A stretch of 64,000 bases of DNA from Octopus bimaculoides. Taxonomy: Eukaryota. Below, piece after piece: positions 24,023-35,809 of this stretch (the stretch's first letter is position 1; every line of letters begins with the position of its first letter). The notes beneath the pieces were generated by a model. That model was not told where the DNA came from. It did no database searches and worked only from the letters and a program-made list of their open reading frames with translations. Location of the stretch: contig NC_068981.1 in the NCBI RefSeq assembly GCF_001194135.2, forward strand, positions 70,236,627 through 70,300,626, written 5' to 3'. The position numbers were made by a program, and so were the translations under genes.

Positions 24023-27000
24023 AGTGTGTGTATATATATATCATATGTATATGTATGTATGTACAAAATATATAATTATATAAATATAATTATAGTAAAG
24101 GCACTAATGAACATGCTAGAGATAGACACAAAGTAGTTCTAAGAACTACATTTCTTAGAAGCATTTGGCTCTATTTCTAGCATCTGGTGCTACTCATTAG
24201 TGCCCTTACTATAATTATGTTTACATATGCATATATTTTGTATTAATTGTTATCTATTTGATTTATTACATGCTGGCTACTTGATAAAAATCTTATATAG
24301 ATTCTGTCCTTGATTATAAAGATATGTGTGTACATAGAAACATTATTGATGTCGCATACTTAATTTGCATACTTAAACGTTTTTGTTTTTTTTTTCCAGT
24401 TGCCGTATTTTGTTCATCGATACCGTATATTCGAGCCACTCGCGAAACGAATTCAAAATCGTCAAATTTGATTTGAGTATATGTTATCGATGAGCGGAAA
24501 TAATAGTGATATATCGACGTCCACCGTTCTCAATCAATTACAGTGCACCCGACTTCGTCTGGATTTAAAGTATGCTGTATTTTTTAACACTCAACGTCTT
24601 AAGGGGATTTTCTCTGGGCACAATATTGCAGCTGAAAAGCGTTTAAACAAAAGAAATACATTATGTATGTGGCATCAATGATATTTAATTAGATTTAATT
24701 CTATCTCAAAATCTTAAATGGATAGAGGGATGATTGCTTCTATGTTTTTAGATTATTTGAACAAGTTGCAACCGTGAACAATTTAAACCATCCGAGGATT
24801 TCTGTGATGTAGTAATTATGCTAATGAGCAATTGTTATAAAGTTAAAGTTCGATTCCTTCAACAAACTTCGCTCTGTGGTACAGAATTAATTTCTCGCAA
24901 ATTCATTATGTAATTTGTAATCCCCTAACAAATACCACCGTGAAAGAAGAACACCAAAGTTAAGACACAAAGGCTCTGAAGAACTCTACCACCACATGTT
25001 ATATCGAACATCTTGAATAGTCTGATCACCATTATTGAGGCGTGGCCACACAGCACTACCTAATTTCTCTTCTTTGAGACTTCATGCAATGATGGCTTGG
25101 TGACAAAAGGAGCTAGATTCATGATAGTGACCTAATACCAAACCCGTATGAGAATTTCCCAGCAGTTGTAGCGTTGAAATGCTTTCCCTATATTGACATT
25201 CTCCCTCTAATGTGGCCAGCCCCTACTACATCCAGTCCAAATTTTCGTTCACCAGGCCAAGCCTTCATGAGCCGTTAGCACAATGCTCATATTTTTCTAA
25301 CACTCTACAGATACGCAGTTAAGTGATGTTATTGATCTCTTGGTGATAGGATCAGCAGCACTATCGTAATATTTTCATTAATTTTATTGTTGCATATTAT
25401 ATCGTACTTTTTTCACGATATGCGGCGTGAGATTGCTCATCTTCCCAAACTTAAGAGACTGAGGCATTGACTTCTAACTCTTAGTAAATTTGAGAATGAA
25501 TAACAAGGGTTGGTTTATTTTCAAAGGGTTTACAACTCGCGAAAGAAAGGATTTGCTGAACATCTTACTGCAATGAAGCACAATTGATATCTCACAGTGA
25601 CATTAATTTATACGTAGGATATCGCTGAATTCATTTTTACGAACCGGCACTACTATTCACAAATGTTGGTAATAAATAATATTAAACATACTGTATACAG
25701 CAAATATATATTTGCTTATTGCTGAATTGATTATTCACGAGAGAATTTATTTTGTTTGTATGTTTTACAAAAACATGAGCATACATAAAATTATTTTCTT
25801 GTGACTGTAGGTATTATAGGAACGGATATTTAAAATATTTCTTTTTACACATAAATTTATGTGTATGCCTGCGCCTATGTATGTATGTATTGCATGCATA
25901 TATGTGTGTGTGTCAGCGTTTAAGTATGTATATGTGTATGCCAGTATATATNNNNNNNNNNNNNNNNNNNNNNNNNNNNNNNNNNNNNNNNNNNNNNNNN
26001 NNNNNNNNNNNNNNNNNNNNNNNNNNNNNNNNNNNNNNNNNNNNNNNNNNNNNNNNNNNNNNNNNNNNNNNNNNNNNNNNNNNNNNNNNNNNNNNNNNNN
26101 NNNNNNNNNNNNNNNNNNNNNNNNNNNNNNNNNNNNNNNNNNNNNNNNNNNNNNNNNNNNNNNNNATATATATATATATATACGCATGTAAGACTTAAGT
26201 ATTTAAGCCACCGCGTTTAGTCATAAAGCAGAGTTATATTCAACTTATGCGAACTTCAAACATCGCGTTATAAGCTCAATTTTTGACATTTCCGGGAAAG
26301 TTTATCTCGCAGAAAGAAATAATCTAATCAGCATCGTACTTGCTACATAAAAGCGGCTATAGATTTTTCTCTCTTTCTCTATTTTTCTCATCTGCTATTT
26401 TCAAAAGAAAAAAGAACAATTTACAAAACATGATAAAATATACTTAGAATAAATTCTCTCTTCTAATGGGATGACCTTAAGCTGAGGAAATGGAGAGTAT
26501 AATATATACATACTCACACCTACCTTCACACACACACACACATATAATTTATGTAAAGTATCAAAAGAAATATGAAACGAAAAATAAAATCAATATAACT
26601 GCAAACAAAATTTTGGATGCATATATTCATATTAGAGCAAATATTTTCCTCTCTATTTTTAAAAATAAAATTAAAATACCCATGGTAACGAAGAAATAGA
26701 AGACAGCTAGAATGAAACATTCAACCGATTATAATTAGCTTTTATATAATTTAATGTTATTAATTAACTTTGACATTAGACGTATTAAGATATATTCGGT
26801 ATTAAATGTATTATTAATATGTAGTACGACGCAAAATAATTTAACTTCAGATATACAGCATTTTCATTACTAAATATGTAAAGAATTTGAATTTACAAAT
26901 TACTGATTAAACAGAATTCGCTTATCATTCAGATATATTCTTTCTCTAATATTTGTGACTGATTAAGACGCTACTAATAATCAAGAAAAAATTTAAAAAG

Positions 27001-28405
27001 TAATATTTGATTTCAGATCTATTTAGAAGAAAATAAATTCAGTTCTCGCCTATAAGATTCGATAAATGAAGTGATGCTTATAAAACCATGGAATAATTTG
27101 CATGGTTATGAACGATTGGCTTTCTCAAAGCACAGCGAGATTAAGAAAAGTGATATATGCTTTCTTTATTGATGTATAGTTTACCTCTTACCATATGCCA
27201 AACATTTCTCATATGATTTTAATCAGATATAAAAAACAATGTTCGTAATAATATTCTAACTACCGTTCAAGTAATCTAATGAAATGAAAATATTTTAAAG
27301 TTTGAAACATTACAGAAAACCATGTGTTTGTCGGCCATATACCCCTAAACAGGAAGATTTCAGAAAATAGGTCTAAAATAAAAATATATTTAGCAGAAAC
27401 TGAGAGAATTTTAAAATCTTACCGATTATATTCTTATATTCTTACCGATTTCATAGAAGAGTGATTATATTATGACCTAAACTAACAATAGAACTTGCTG
27501 CAAGTTCTATTATCTGTGTTTGAATGTGCTTTTGGAAAATATTTGTTGTTGTAAAGGCAAAGACAGCAACAATAATGGAAACGCTGCTCTCAAGATGAGA
27601 GGATACAAACTGTCTAACGCTCGCCCAATAAGTTTGTACGCTTAGCATATACTGATTATTAATAATCTCTATTAAAACAATACATATATTTTCATGAACG
27701 ATAAGTGCATAAATGAACACTTGCATTCGTTCGCATTGGTTAAAATAAAGGATATTTCTACGCCAGTTACAAAATATCATAGATACATCGTTATAGATAC
27801 ATTGCTAGTTGAATCGGTTATAACAGTTTGCTGATCTTATCAATAAATTGGATGAAAGGGAAATATTAATAACATAAATATGAAATAAAACTTTTTAACA
27901 GGAAAAATATCAAAGAGATTCTTGAAATAAAATCAAATTAATTTATGTTACTTGATATAATTTTGTGTATCAATTCGATAATTTGTTTCGTTTTATATTC
28001 ATTATGTTTTGCTTTCATTATAAATATGATTTTCATATTTAATATCAAACAAAGTAATATTCCATCCATAGCAATTTAATAGAGCACTTTGCGAACGAAT
28101 TTTGATTTTCGAAATATATCAAGTAATTTTCGTTAGTTTACGAAATGCCGCCATAATTTATTCTATCATTGTAATTGAGTTGTGATTAGATATATAGCAA
28201 AAATAGGAATCAATAAAAAGATTAATTTACTCAAAATATTTTAACATTCCTTTAAACATTTCATAATAGATTCCTAATCACAGAAATGCCTAATATTTGT
28301 ACTAGATGCTTTAATGGCTTATACTTTAAATATTTGCACAACTATATACTGAGCATACATGCATAGATATTTACACAAACACATATGTATACACACACAC
28401 ACACA

Positions 28406-28483
<78 letters not shown>

Positions 28484-29599
28484 GTCTTATGCATGTATAT
28501 ATACATATACATATATTCACGTTAAATATATATATGTGTATGTATAAATATACATACATTTACACACAAGTATACACAGAAATACTCATCGAAATTGTGA
28601 GAGACAGAGAGTGAGTATAGAGAAAATATAGAATATATGTAGATTAATTTCTACTATCGAATGTCACGACGTTTTGAATGTACATTTGTATAATTATAGG
28701 CAACATATTTGCAGAGTTTTTAGAACATAGAAAGCATGCAATATTTGTTCTTAAATTCTGCGCTCTATGTATAACTTCGCCATTTAATTTTTCTGGATCC
28801 ATAACGTATTAGTCCAAAGCCATATATCAGTTAAATTGTTGGAGCGATAGAGAGATGCCTGGAAATTTATGCTCCTCTGCTTTGCCTCTGGCGTTCCAAT
28901 TTGCTCCCTTTTACAGTTTCTGATGACACTACTGGAAGTCCCTGAAAATTTAAAAATTAACCGAAAATCATATAAAACCACAAGCTAATTGATGAAATAT
29001 ATTATATATCGAATTTAGAAATTCTAATATATTACATTCTTTCCGTTGCTGTTTCTTTGCTCCAGTATTAAAAGTGGAGATGTCCTTCGCGTTAAGATTA
29101 AATAAAATGGAATGCTTACATAATAATAATTTATATTAATTGTTTTGACAGTTGTTTCGTAATTTGCATACAGTTGCATCAGCGACGCTAAGACATCGAC
29201 GCAATCTATCAATATGCAATAAGATGTACAAGTATAAATATATAGTTACTGTTATGCTGAAACAATGATTAATAAGATTTTGTTTATCAGATCTTTGCAT
29301 GGGCTGTAAATATTCAACATTGCTGATGTAAATGTATATAGATTACAATACATCTGGCAAGAAATATAATAAATATATCAGGTCTCTATTCTGTAACACT
29401 TCAAAACTATTATGCTCACACTACCATTGTAAGCCCAGGATTTCCGAAGGACAGCAACGTCATAGATGTGTGTTTTTGTTTGTGCGTATGTACATGTGTG
29501 TGAGTGTGTGGATGTGTGCGCGTAAATATTTACGCATATAACTATATTTAGATATGTACATATATATAAATACATATCCATATTTATAAAATTCAAATT

Positions 29600-30530
29600 T
29601 ATTAGAAAAACAAAAGCTGAAGACAGGTGTAGGAGCAACAAACAAGTACATTAGTTTAACGTTCGGGAGAGTGGAAAAGTATTTTACGTTTCGAACCTAC
29701 GCACTTCGACAGAAAGGGATAAGAGGAAAAAAATGGAGAGAGAATGAAAAAAATCGGTGAGAGAAAAAATGCGTTGTGATCAGCGGTTTAACATGGCGAG
29801 AGGATTGGAAAAAAGATGTTGAATGAAAGGGAGATAATAAAAACAGAGGTTGAATACGAGGGAGATAATCGTGATCCCGACGAAATGAGGCGCGCTAGCG
29901 TGTATGGTGTGTGTATTATGTGTATGTGAATGGGGGATGAGTGAGTCTGACGTGTGTGTGTTCGTGCGTGTGTGTAACGTGTGTGTGTTGTGCGCAGCAG
30001 TTGATGTGTACACATGTGTATGTATAAGTATAGGTCTCTGTGATCAAATAATGTGCATGTGTATAGCATATGTTTGTGGGTGAAAGTTATCTTCGTGCGT
30101 GTGGCGTGAGTATATGCGTGTTGTGTGTATGTGTATATATTGTCTGTGTTTAGGTATTATGTGCTTGTGTAGGTGTGGGAGTATATATTGTCTGTGTTCA
30201 GTTATTATGTGCTTGTGTGGATGTGGTAGTGTGCATGATGGTGTGTGTTGTGTGTGTACTGAGTTAAACTGCGTGTGGCTTCTCGTATAGTGGTATGTGT
30301 GGTAACGCTGTTGAAGATTGTGTGTGAATGTGTGGAAAATGGCGTGCAGTGGGGTGCTGAGAAGTGGTCAGTGCCAGTATGTGTGGAGTGGGGAGGCGCT
30401 GCGGGTGGCAGTGTAATGGTGTATGAAGTGAGTGATGAGTTGAATAATGTGTATGGGTGTTGACAGTGGTACATGTAAAGTTTCGGAAGAATTTTATAGA
30501 TGTATTCTTATATTGCATCATAACATAAAT
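29600..30530 (-). mobile_element. Decayed Penelope-like element (linker, GIY-YIG and 3' terminal repeat)
   Basis: Minus-strand remnants LYTCTLFDHRDLYLYI (like IYCI.C..C..LYIG) and ARLISSGSRLSP (like RLIF.LGSLSP). The terminus carries a hammerhead-like motif. Confidence 0.55.
29682..29715 (-). ncRNA. Degenerate minimal hammerhead motif
   Basis: Reverse complement TTT-CTGTCGA-AGTGC-GTAG-GTTC-GAAAC-GTA-AAA has palindromic ACGT stem III, a GUA cleavage triplet and TTT/AAA stem I. The core has A6U and stem II is mismatched. Confidence 0.45.
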
Positions 30531-30908
30531 ACACCATCTTCAGGTAGAATTTTAAACAGGTATAAACAGACACGTTAAAACCTGATGATGAACTATCCAA
30601 CAAATAATAAAGATACAGAAATGATATTTTAAAAGATATCATTAGAATTTATAGAGTTTTGAGAAGTATAACGGAGGGGCGAGAAGTAATGAAATCAAAA
30701 CAAGCCTATTCTTTCAAGTCATTATCTTAATTAGCTTATAGACAGGATACAGGCGGGATAGCCAAAACATTTCTAGGAAAATAGATTCTCGGGACAGTGA
30801 GATAAAGAAACAGAACTTGAAGCATCAGAATGATGAAAAACTGTCATTACCATTTCGAGCTAGTTGACACACGTACAGATATATATACTCGTATACATTC
30901 ATATAAAT

Positions 30909-30947
<39 letters not shown>

Positions 30948-31190
30948 NNNNNNNNNNNNNNNNNNNNNNNNNNNNNNNNNNNNNNNNNNNNNNNNNNNNN
31001 NNNNNNNNNNNNNNNNNNNNNNNNNNNNNNNNNNNNNNNNNNNNNNNNNNNNNNNNNNNNNNNNNNNNNNNNNNNNNNNNNNNNNNNNNNNNNNNNNNNN
31101 NNNNNNNNNNNNNNNNNNNNNNNNNNNNNNNNNNNNNNNNNNNNNNNNNNNNNNNNNNNNNNNNNNNNNNNNNNNNNNNNNNNNNNNNNN

Positions 31191-31243
<53 letters not shown>

Positions 31244-31669
31244 GACTTGCATACATATTTCTACAAACGCACATATATTTTACACATGCACGTTTATGCT
31301 CTCACGCACAAAAACGTGTCTGTGTGTGTGTGTGTGTAAAGACTTCGACCTACACGCACACTCCTCCACATTTATACAGTTATATAGGTATGTAAAAGAA
31401 ATAGTATTACATAATGCAAAAATAAGCACAAAATATATTCGAGTATATGAAACAGTAGACAGAAAGCTCGGAAACCATAAGTTGGACTGTTAAATATTTC
31501 GCCATTTATGGAATATAGACGTTGCAGACAATTATAATAAGAAAGCGTAACCAAGAGGCCAATCACAATATCTACGATCTTACTCAACAATACCTAGATA
31601 ATATACTTAACTACGTTAGAGATTATGCAGCTGGTTTAAAATATGAATATTTTTTCTAATATAATGCAA

Positions 31670-32420
31670 TTCATCTAATTTCATGAGACTTATGTAAGTT
31701 ATTACCTGAATATTTCAGAATTTCCTGTAATTCAGCACAGGAAAGTGTGCACCCATACCTATCATTTGAATAGGGAAATACATGTTTTCTTATTTTCCAA
31801 GCAACTAGGAATTTAATTTTTCTTTTTATTCCCATCTTTTTTTTACTGTGGGGAATGAAACTTCAACTTTATTACGATCATTGAAAGAAACGAATGATTG
31901 AAAAATCTCTTCTTGAAGGTACATAAAATTGTTTGGGTTAGTTATTACGTCACATTCATATATAATACTCTTAGTTAAGGATAATTTATATAGAGGACAT
32001 TTTGTTTTTACAATTACATAATTTAGAAGATGTATGGTCATTAGTGCTGCTAGTGCTATTCAAGGAACGTATAGAATGCGAGTATTTTTAGATCCGACAT
32101 AATTATCCTCGTTATAACAGACGGTGTGATTGTCATTACTAGTGACTGCCAATACTAGTAAGAGTACTACCATTAAAACTCTTGAAGTTAAAACAGTTAC
32201 CTTGATCATTTATGGTTGCATAGTCTATATTGACACTAGAATCGGTGCGGTTGATTTTCAAGTTGGTTGCGTTATTCTCAACGATAGATTTAAGTATTTG
32301 CCCGTCACTCCCAACACTGCTCGTGCTATACAGGTCTTTAATATTGTTACACATTGGTGTAACATACTGACATACTGAGATGCTGAAGAAGTCAGCTGAC
32401 AGACAATAACATGACTGCTG
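31670..32420 (-). mobile_element. Penelope-like element relic: Asn/Ser-rich tract followed by GIY-YIG endonuclease
   Basis: N/S/D-rich frames (ORF 32139-32354), then KLCNCKNK(fs)CPLYKLSLTKSIIYECDVITNPNNFMYL and VAWKIRKHVFPYSNDRYGCTLSCAELQEILKYSGNNLHKSHEI. This matches the PLE pattern CNC..CPL..C...IIY...W.I...PY...C.LC..E...IL. Confidence 0.72.
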
Positions 32421-32456
32421 CTATTGGCTATTTGAACGTATCAAAATTACCTATTA

Positions 32457-32715
32457 GGTGCAGGAGTGGCTGTATTTAGGCGCAGGAGTGGCTGTATTTA
32501 GGCGCAGGAGTGTCTGTATTTAGGCGCAGGAGTGGCTGTGTGGTAAGTGACCTGCTTACCAACAACAACGTTCTGGGTTCAGTTCCACTACGTGGTATCT
32601 TGGACAAGTGTCTTCTACTATAGCCACGGGCCGACCAAAGCCTTGTGAGTGGATTTGGTAGACAGACACTGAAAGAAGCCCGTCGTATATGTGTGTGTGT
32701 GTGTGTGTCTTTGTG

Positions 32716-32767
<52 letters not shown>

Positions 32768-32955
32768 TCACCCCCAACATCGCTTGACAACCAATGCTGG
32801 TGTATTTATGTCCACGTAACTTAGCGTTTCGATAAAAGAGACCGATAGTATAAGTACTATACTTACAAAGAATAAGTCCTGGAGTCGATTTGCTCGATTT
32901 GGTGTGGTGCTCCAGCATGGCCGCAGTCAAATGACTGACACAAATAAAAGAATAT
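32457..32955 (+). mobile_element. Full-length tRNA-derived SINE with internal (GT)n, preceded by three extra 22-bp copies of its 5' end
   Basis: GG(C/T)GCAGGAGTG(G/T)CTGT starts at 32457, 32479, 32501 and 32523. The body has GGGTTCAGTTCC (B box), TTGGACAAGTGTCTTCTAC and a 3' end GGTGCTCCAGCATGGCCGCAGTCAAATGACTGA. Confidence 0.92.
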
Positions 32956-33234
32956 TACAAAATTACTAGTATTCCTAACTTGAAAGTCAGTGTTATAGAT
33001 ACAATTCTCATCATTATTGGCGCTGCTAGCACCAGCAACACCATCAAATCAACAATTATTATTGTGAATGAAATTCTGAAATATATCGTAACAAAAAACA
33101 TCACAGAAACAAATAATTTCATCAAGGCAGTAAGTATTGTTGCAGCGAGCACAAGAAGGATGCTGAATAGTTTGCAAGAACTGAAACAGACAGTTATCTG
33201 TCCAAAATAGGCTGAAGTAGTCATTTCAGTTAGG

Positions 33235-35208
33235 GAAGCGGAGGAAATCAGTAATAAATGGGAACTAGAAGTCCCCGGGACCAGATGGAGTTCAAGGTTA
33301 CTGGATCAAATGATTTGATGAATATCATGCACGAATAGCTACCCAACTCAACACCTTGTTAAATACCAACCAAGTATCACCAGAGTAGTAGACAATGGGT
33401 AGGACAGTGCTGTGCTTGAAACAACATCGAAAAAGGCAATACGGTTAGCAATTACAGGTCGATATCCTGCTTGCCAATTTTGTGGAAATTATTGACTGGA
33501 ATACTCGCAGAATCAATGTAGGGACATCTGGAAAACAAAAAGGAGTCCTGCCATATGAACAGAAGGGTTGCAAGTGTAAGTTCAGAAGTACCAAGCATCA
33601 GCTCCTGGTAGACAAAACTCCATTCAGAAACTGCAAGAGGAGGAAAATTAACTTAGCCATGTCATGGATAGATTATCGTAAGGCGTACGATATGATCCCA
33701 CATTCTTCGATTATGGAATTTATGAACTTATTTGGTATTGCATCGAATGTTGAGCGATTGCTTGGAAAATAGTATGGTGAAGTGAAGGACGGAACTGACA
33801 GCATATGGAAGAAGTTTAGGGACAATAGAAATCAGGAGAGGCATCATCCAAGAGGACTGCTTGTCCCCACTGATCTTTGTACAGTGCATGATACAACAAA
33901 CACTGATTCTGAGGAAAGCAAACGCTGGGTATTTATTTAAGAGCCGCCAACAAAATGTCAATCCTTTGTTATTCATCGATAACCTGAAAATTTATGTTAA
34001 AGATGAATCCCAAGTTAGTTCCCTCGTTGATACAGTGTATAATTTTAGTGCTGATATCAGACTGGAGTTCCGACGAAGAACGTATGGTTTGTTAATCTTA
34101 AAGAGAGGCCAAACCAAATGTATTCACGGGATAGCGATACCGCCGTGTGAAGTGATGAACCAGATAAAAGAGACGGGCTACACGTACTTAAAGATTTTAA
34201 AAACTGATGGACAATGAAATGACAGAAAACTTTAAGATGGAGTACTTGCAAAGTCTCTACCTTAATTAAACGGACGGAATAAGATTGAAACTATCAACAA
34301 ATGGGCGGTTTCACTCCTTAGATACGAAGCAGTGGTAATCGTATGGAGAGTAGGCGAACAAAACAGCTTAGGCAGAAGGACAAGGAAGTTGCTAACTAGA
34401 TATGGGATACTCTACCAAAAAGGGACACAGACAGACCGTATATACAAAGAAAAAGAGGAGAAAAAAGACTGATTGGATGCGAATACAGCATTAGACCAGA
34501 AGAAAACAACATAGCATGGTATGTAAAAAATACCACAGAACCGCTACTATTAGAAGTAGGATGGGATATTGAAAAGATAAAGCTCTGTACAAGTACTTGA
34601 CAATGAATGAAACTGAAAATAGGTGGATAAAGAAAAGAATGCATGGACAATTTCATAGGGACGTTGAAGATAAGACAGAGAACAAAAAAGATGGCTATGG
34701 ATGACTAACTGTGATTTAAAACCAGAAACGGAGGCACTAATCTGTGTTGCCCAAGAGCAAGCATTAAGATCCAATTACATCAAACAAAGAATAGACAACA
34801 CATTAGAAAGTGATAAGTGTGGAATTTGTGGACAAAGCGGTGAAACCGTATGGCATATTACCAGTTAATGTACACCACTATCCCAGAAAGAATATGAGAG
34901 ACGAGGGGACAATATAGCAAGGATTGTCTATTGGAGACTTAACAACAAGTATGAACTTGACAGACCAAAAAATTGCTATGAACATAAAACCGAAGACGTC
35001 ATAAAGAATGATAATGCAAAGTTCCTATTGGATTTTATGACTCAGTGCGACTATGAGACAGAGAATAGGAAGCCAAACATAGTGTTGATAGAGAAAGAAA
35101 GCAAACGATGCTGGATCATAGACATAGCATGCCCAGCTGACAACAAAGTATGCGTAGTGAATAGCTGACACCGTACATCTCCAGCGTTAGAAGCTGTGCA
35201 AAGAAAAC

Positions 35209-35263
<55 letters not shown>
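33235..35263 (+). mobile_element. R4/Dong-like non-LTR retrotransposon relic (RT, CCHC, RLE, (TAA)n tail)
   Basis: NWKSPGPDGVQGYWIK-like; [22 protein letters not shown]; RGIIQEDCLSPLIF; LLFIDNLKIY; KCGICGQSGETVWHITS*C; RKPNIVLIEKESKRCWIIDIACPADNK. Followed by (AAT)n at 35208-35263. Confidence 0.92.
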
Positions 35264-35264
<1 letters not shown>

Positions 35265-35360
35265 GTGAAATACTGTCTATGTGATCTCAAATTTTAAAGC
35301 AAACATAATTTTCTTATGGTTTCTTAAACATTCACTTAGAACAAAACTGTACAAATACAA

Positions 35361-35516
35361 ATATATGGTACCCTAGGCATAACACCTACNNNNNNNNNNA
35401 GATATATGGTACCCTAGGCATAACACCTACATGAACTTCTAACTTGTTGTCTCTTGAGGTCTCTGGGTGAGACTTGGATCCAACTTGTACAAATGCAAAA
35501 CAAAAGTCAAACATAA

Positions 35517-35561
<45 letters not shown>
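35361..35561 (+). mobile_element. 3' end of another Dong-like element with (TAA)n tail, spanning a 10-N gap with duplicated flanks
   Basis: TCTCTTGAGGTCTCTGGGTGAGACTTGG..CAAAAGTCAAACAT followed by (AAT)n. The 29 bp at 35361-35389 repeat at 35402-35430 across the gap. Confidence 0.55.
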
Positions 35562-35562
<1 letters not shown>

Positions 35563-35809
35563 TGTAAACGAAGTAGATGTAATAGGAAAAGCTATATCAC
35601 AAGAATACGATGATGACCAACAAGGCATAGAGAGGATGCTGTGCCGATATATTAAAGAAGACCAGAATCAAACCCCCACCCCAACTTGAGGTATAATGAT
35701 CGATGCACGCTCGAGGTTGAAACTGAAAAGATAAATTCGGTTCTTGGGGCTATTCCAGACGAGAAATATAACTGAAACTAACAAGATTATTTGGATTGCA
35801 TGTATGGTT

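Noticed and set aside
24370-24640. CpG-richer patch with a protein-like frame (IKFDDFEFVSRVARIYGIDEQN)
   Set aside because: Stops in all frames after the candidate acceptor, no ATG, and no recognised domain.
27451-27780. 109-aa minus-strand ORF
   Set aside because: No domain similarity, and its length is plausible by chance.
35361-35430. 29-bp direct repeat flanking 10 Ns
   Set aside because: Typical unmerged contig overlap, so an assembly artefact rather than biology.
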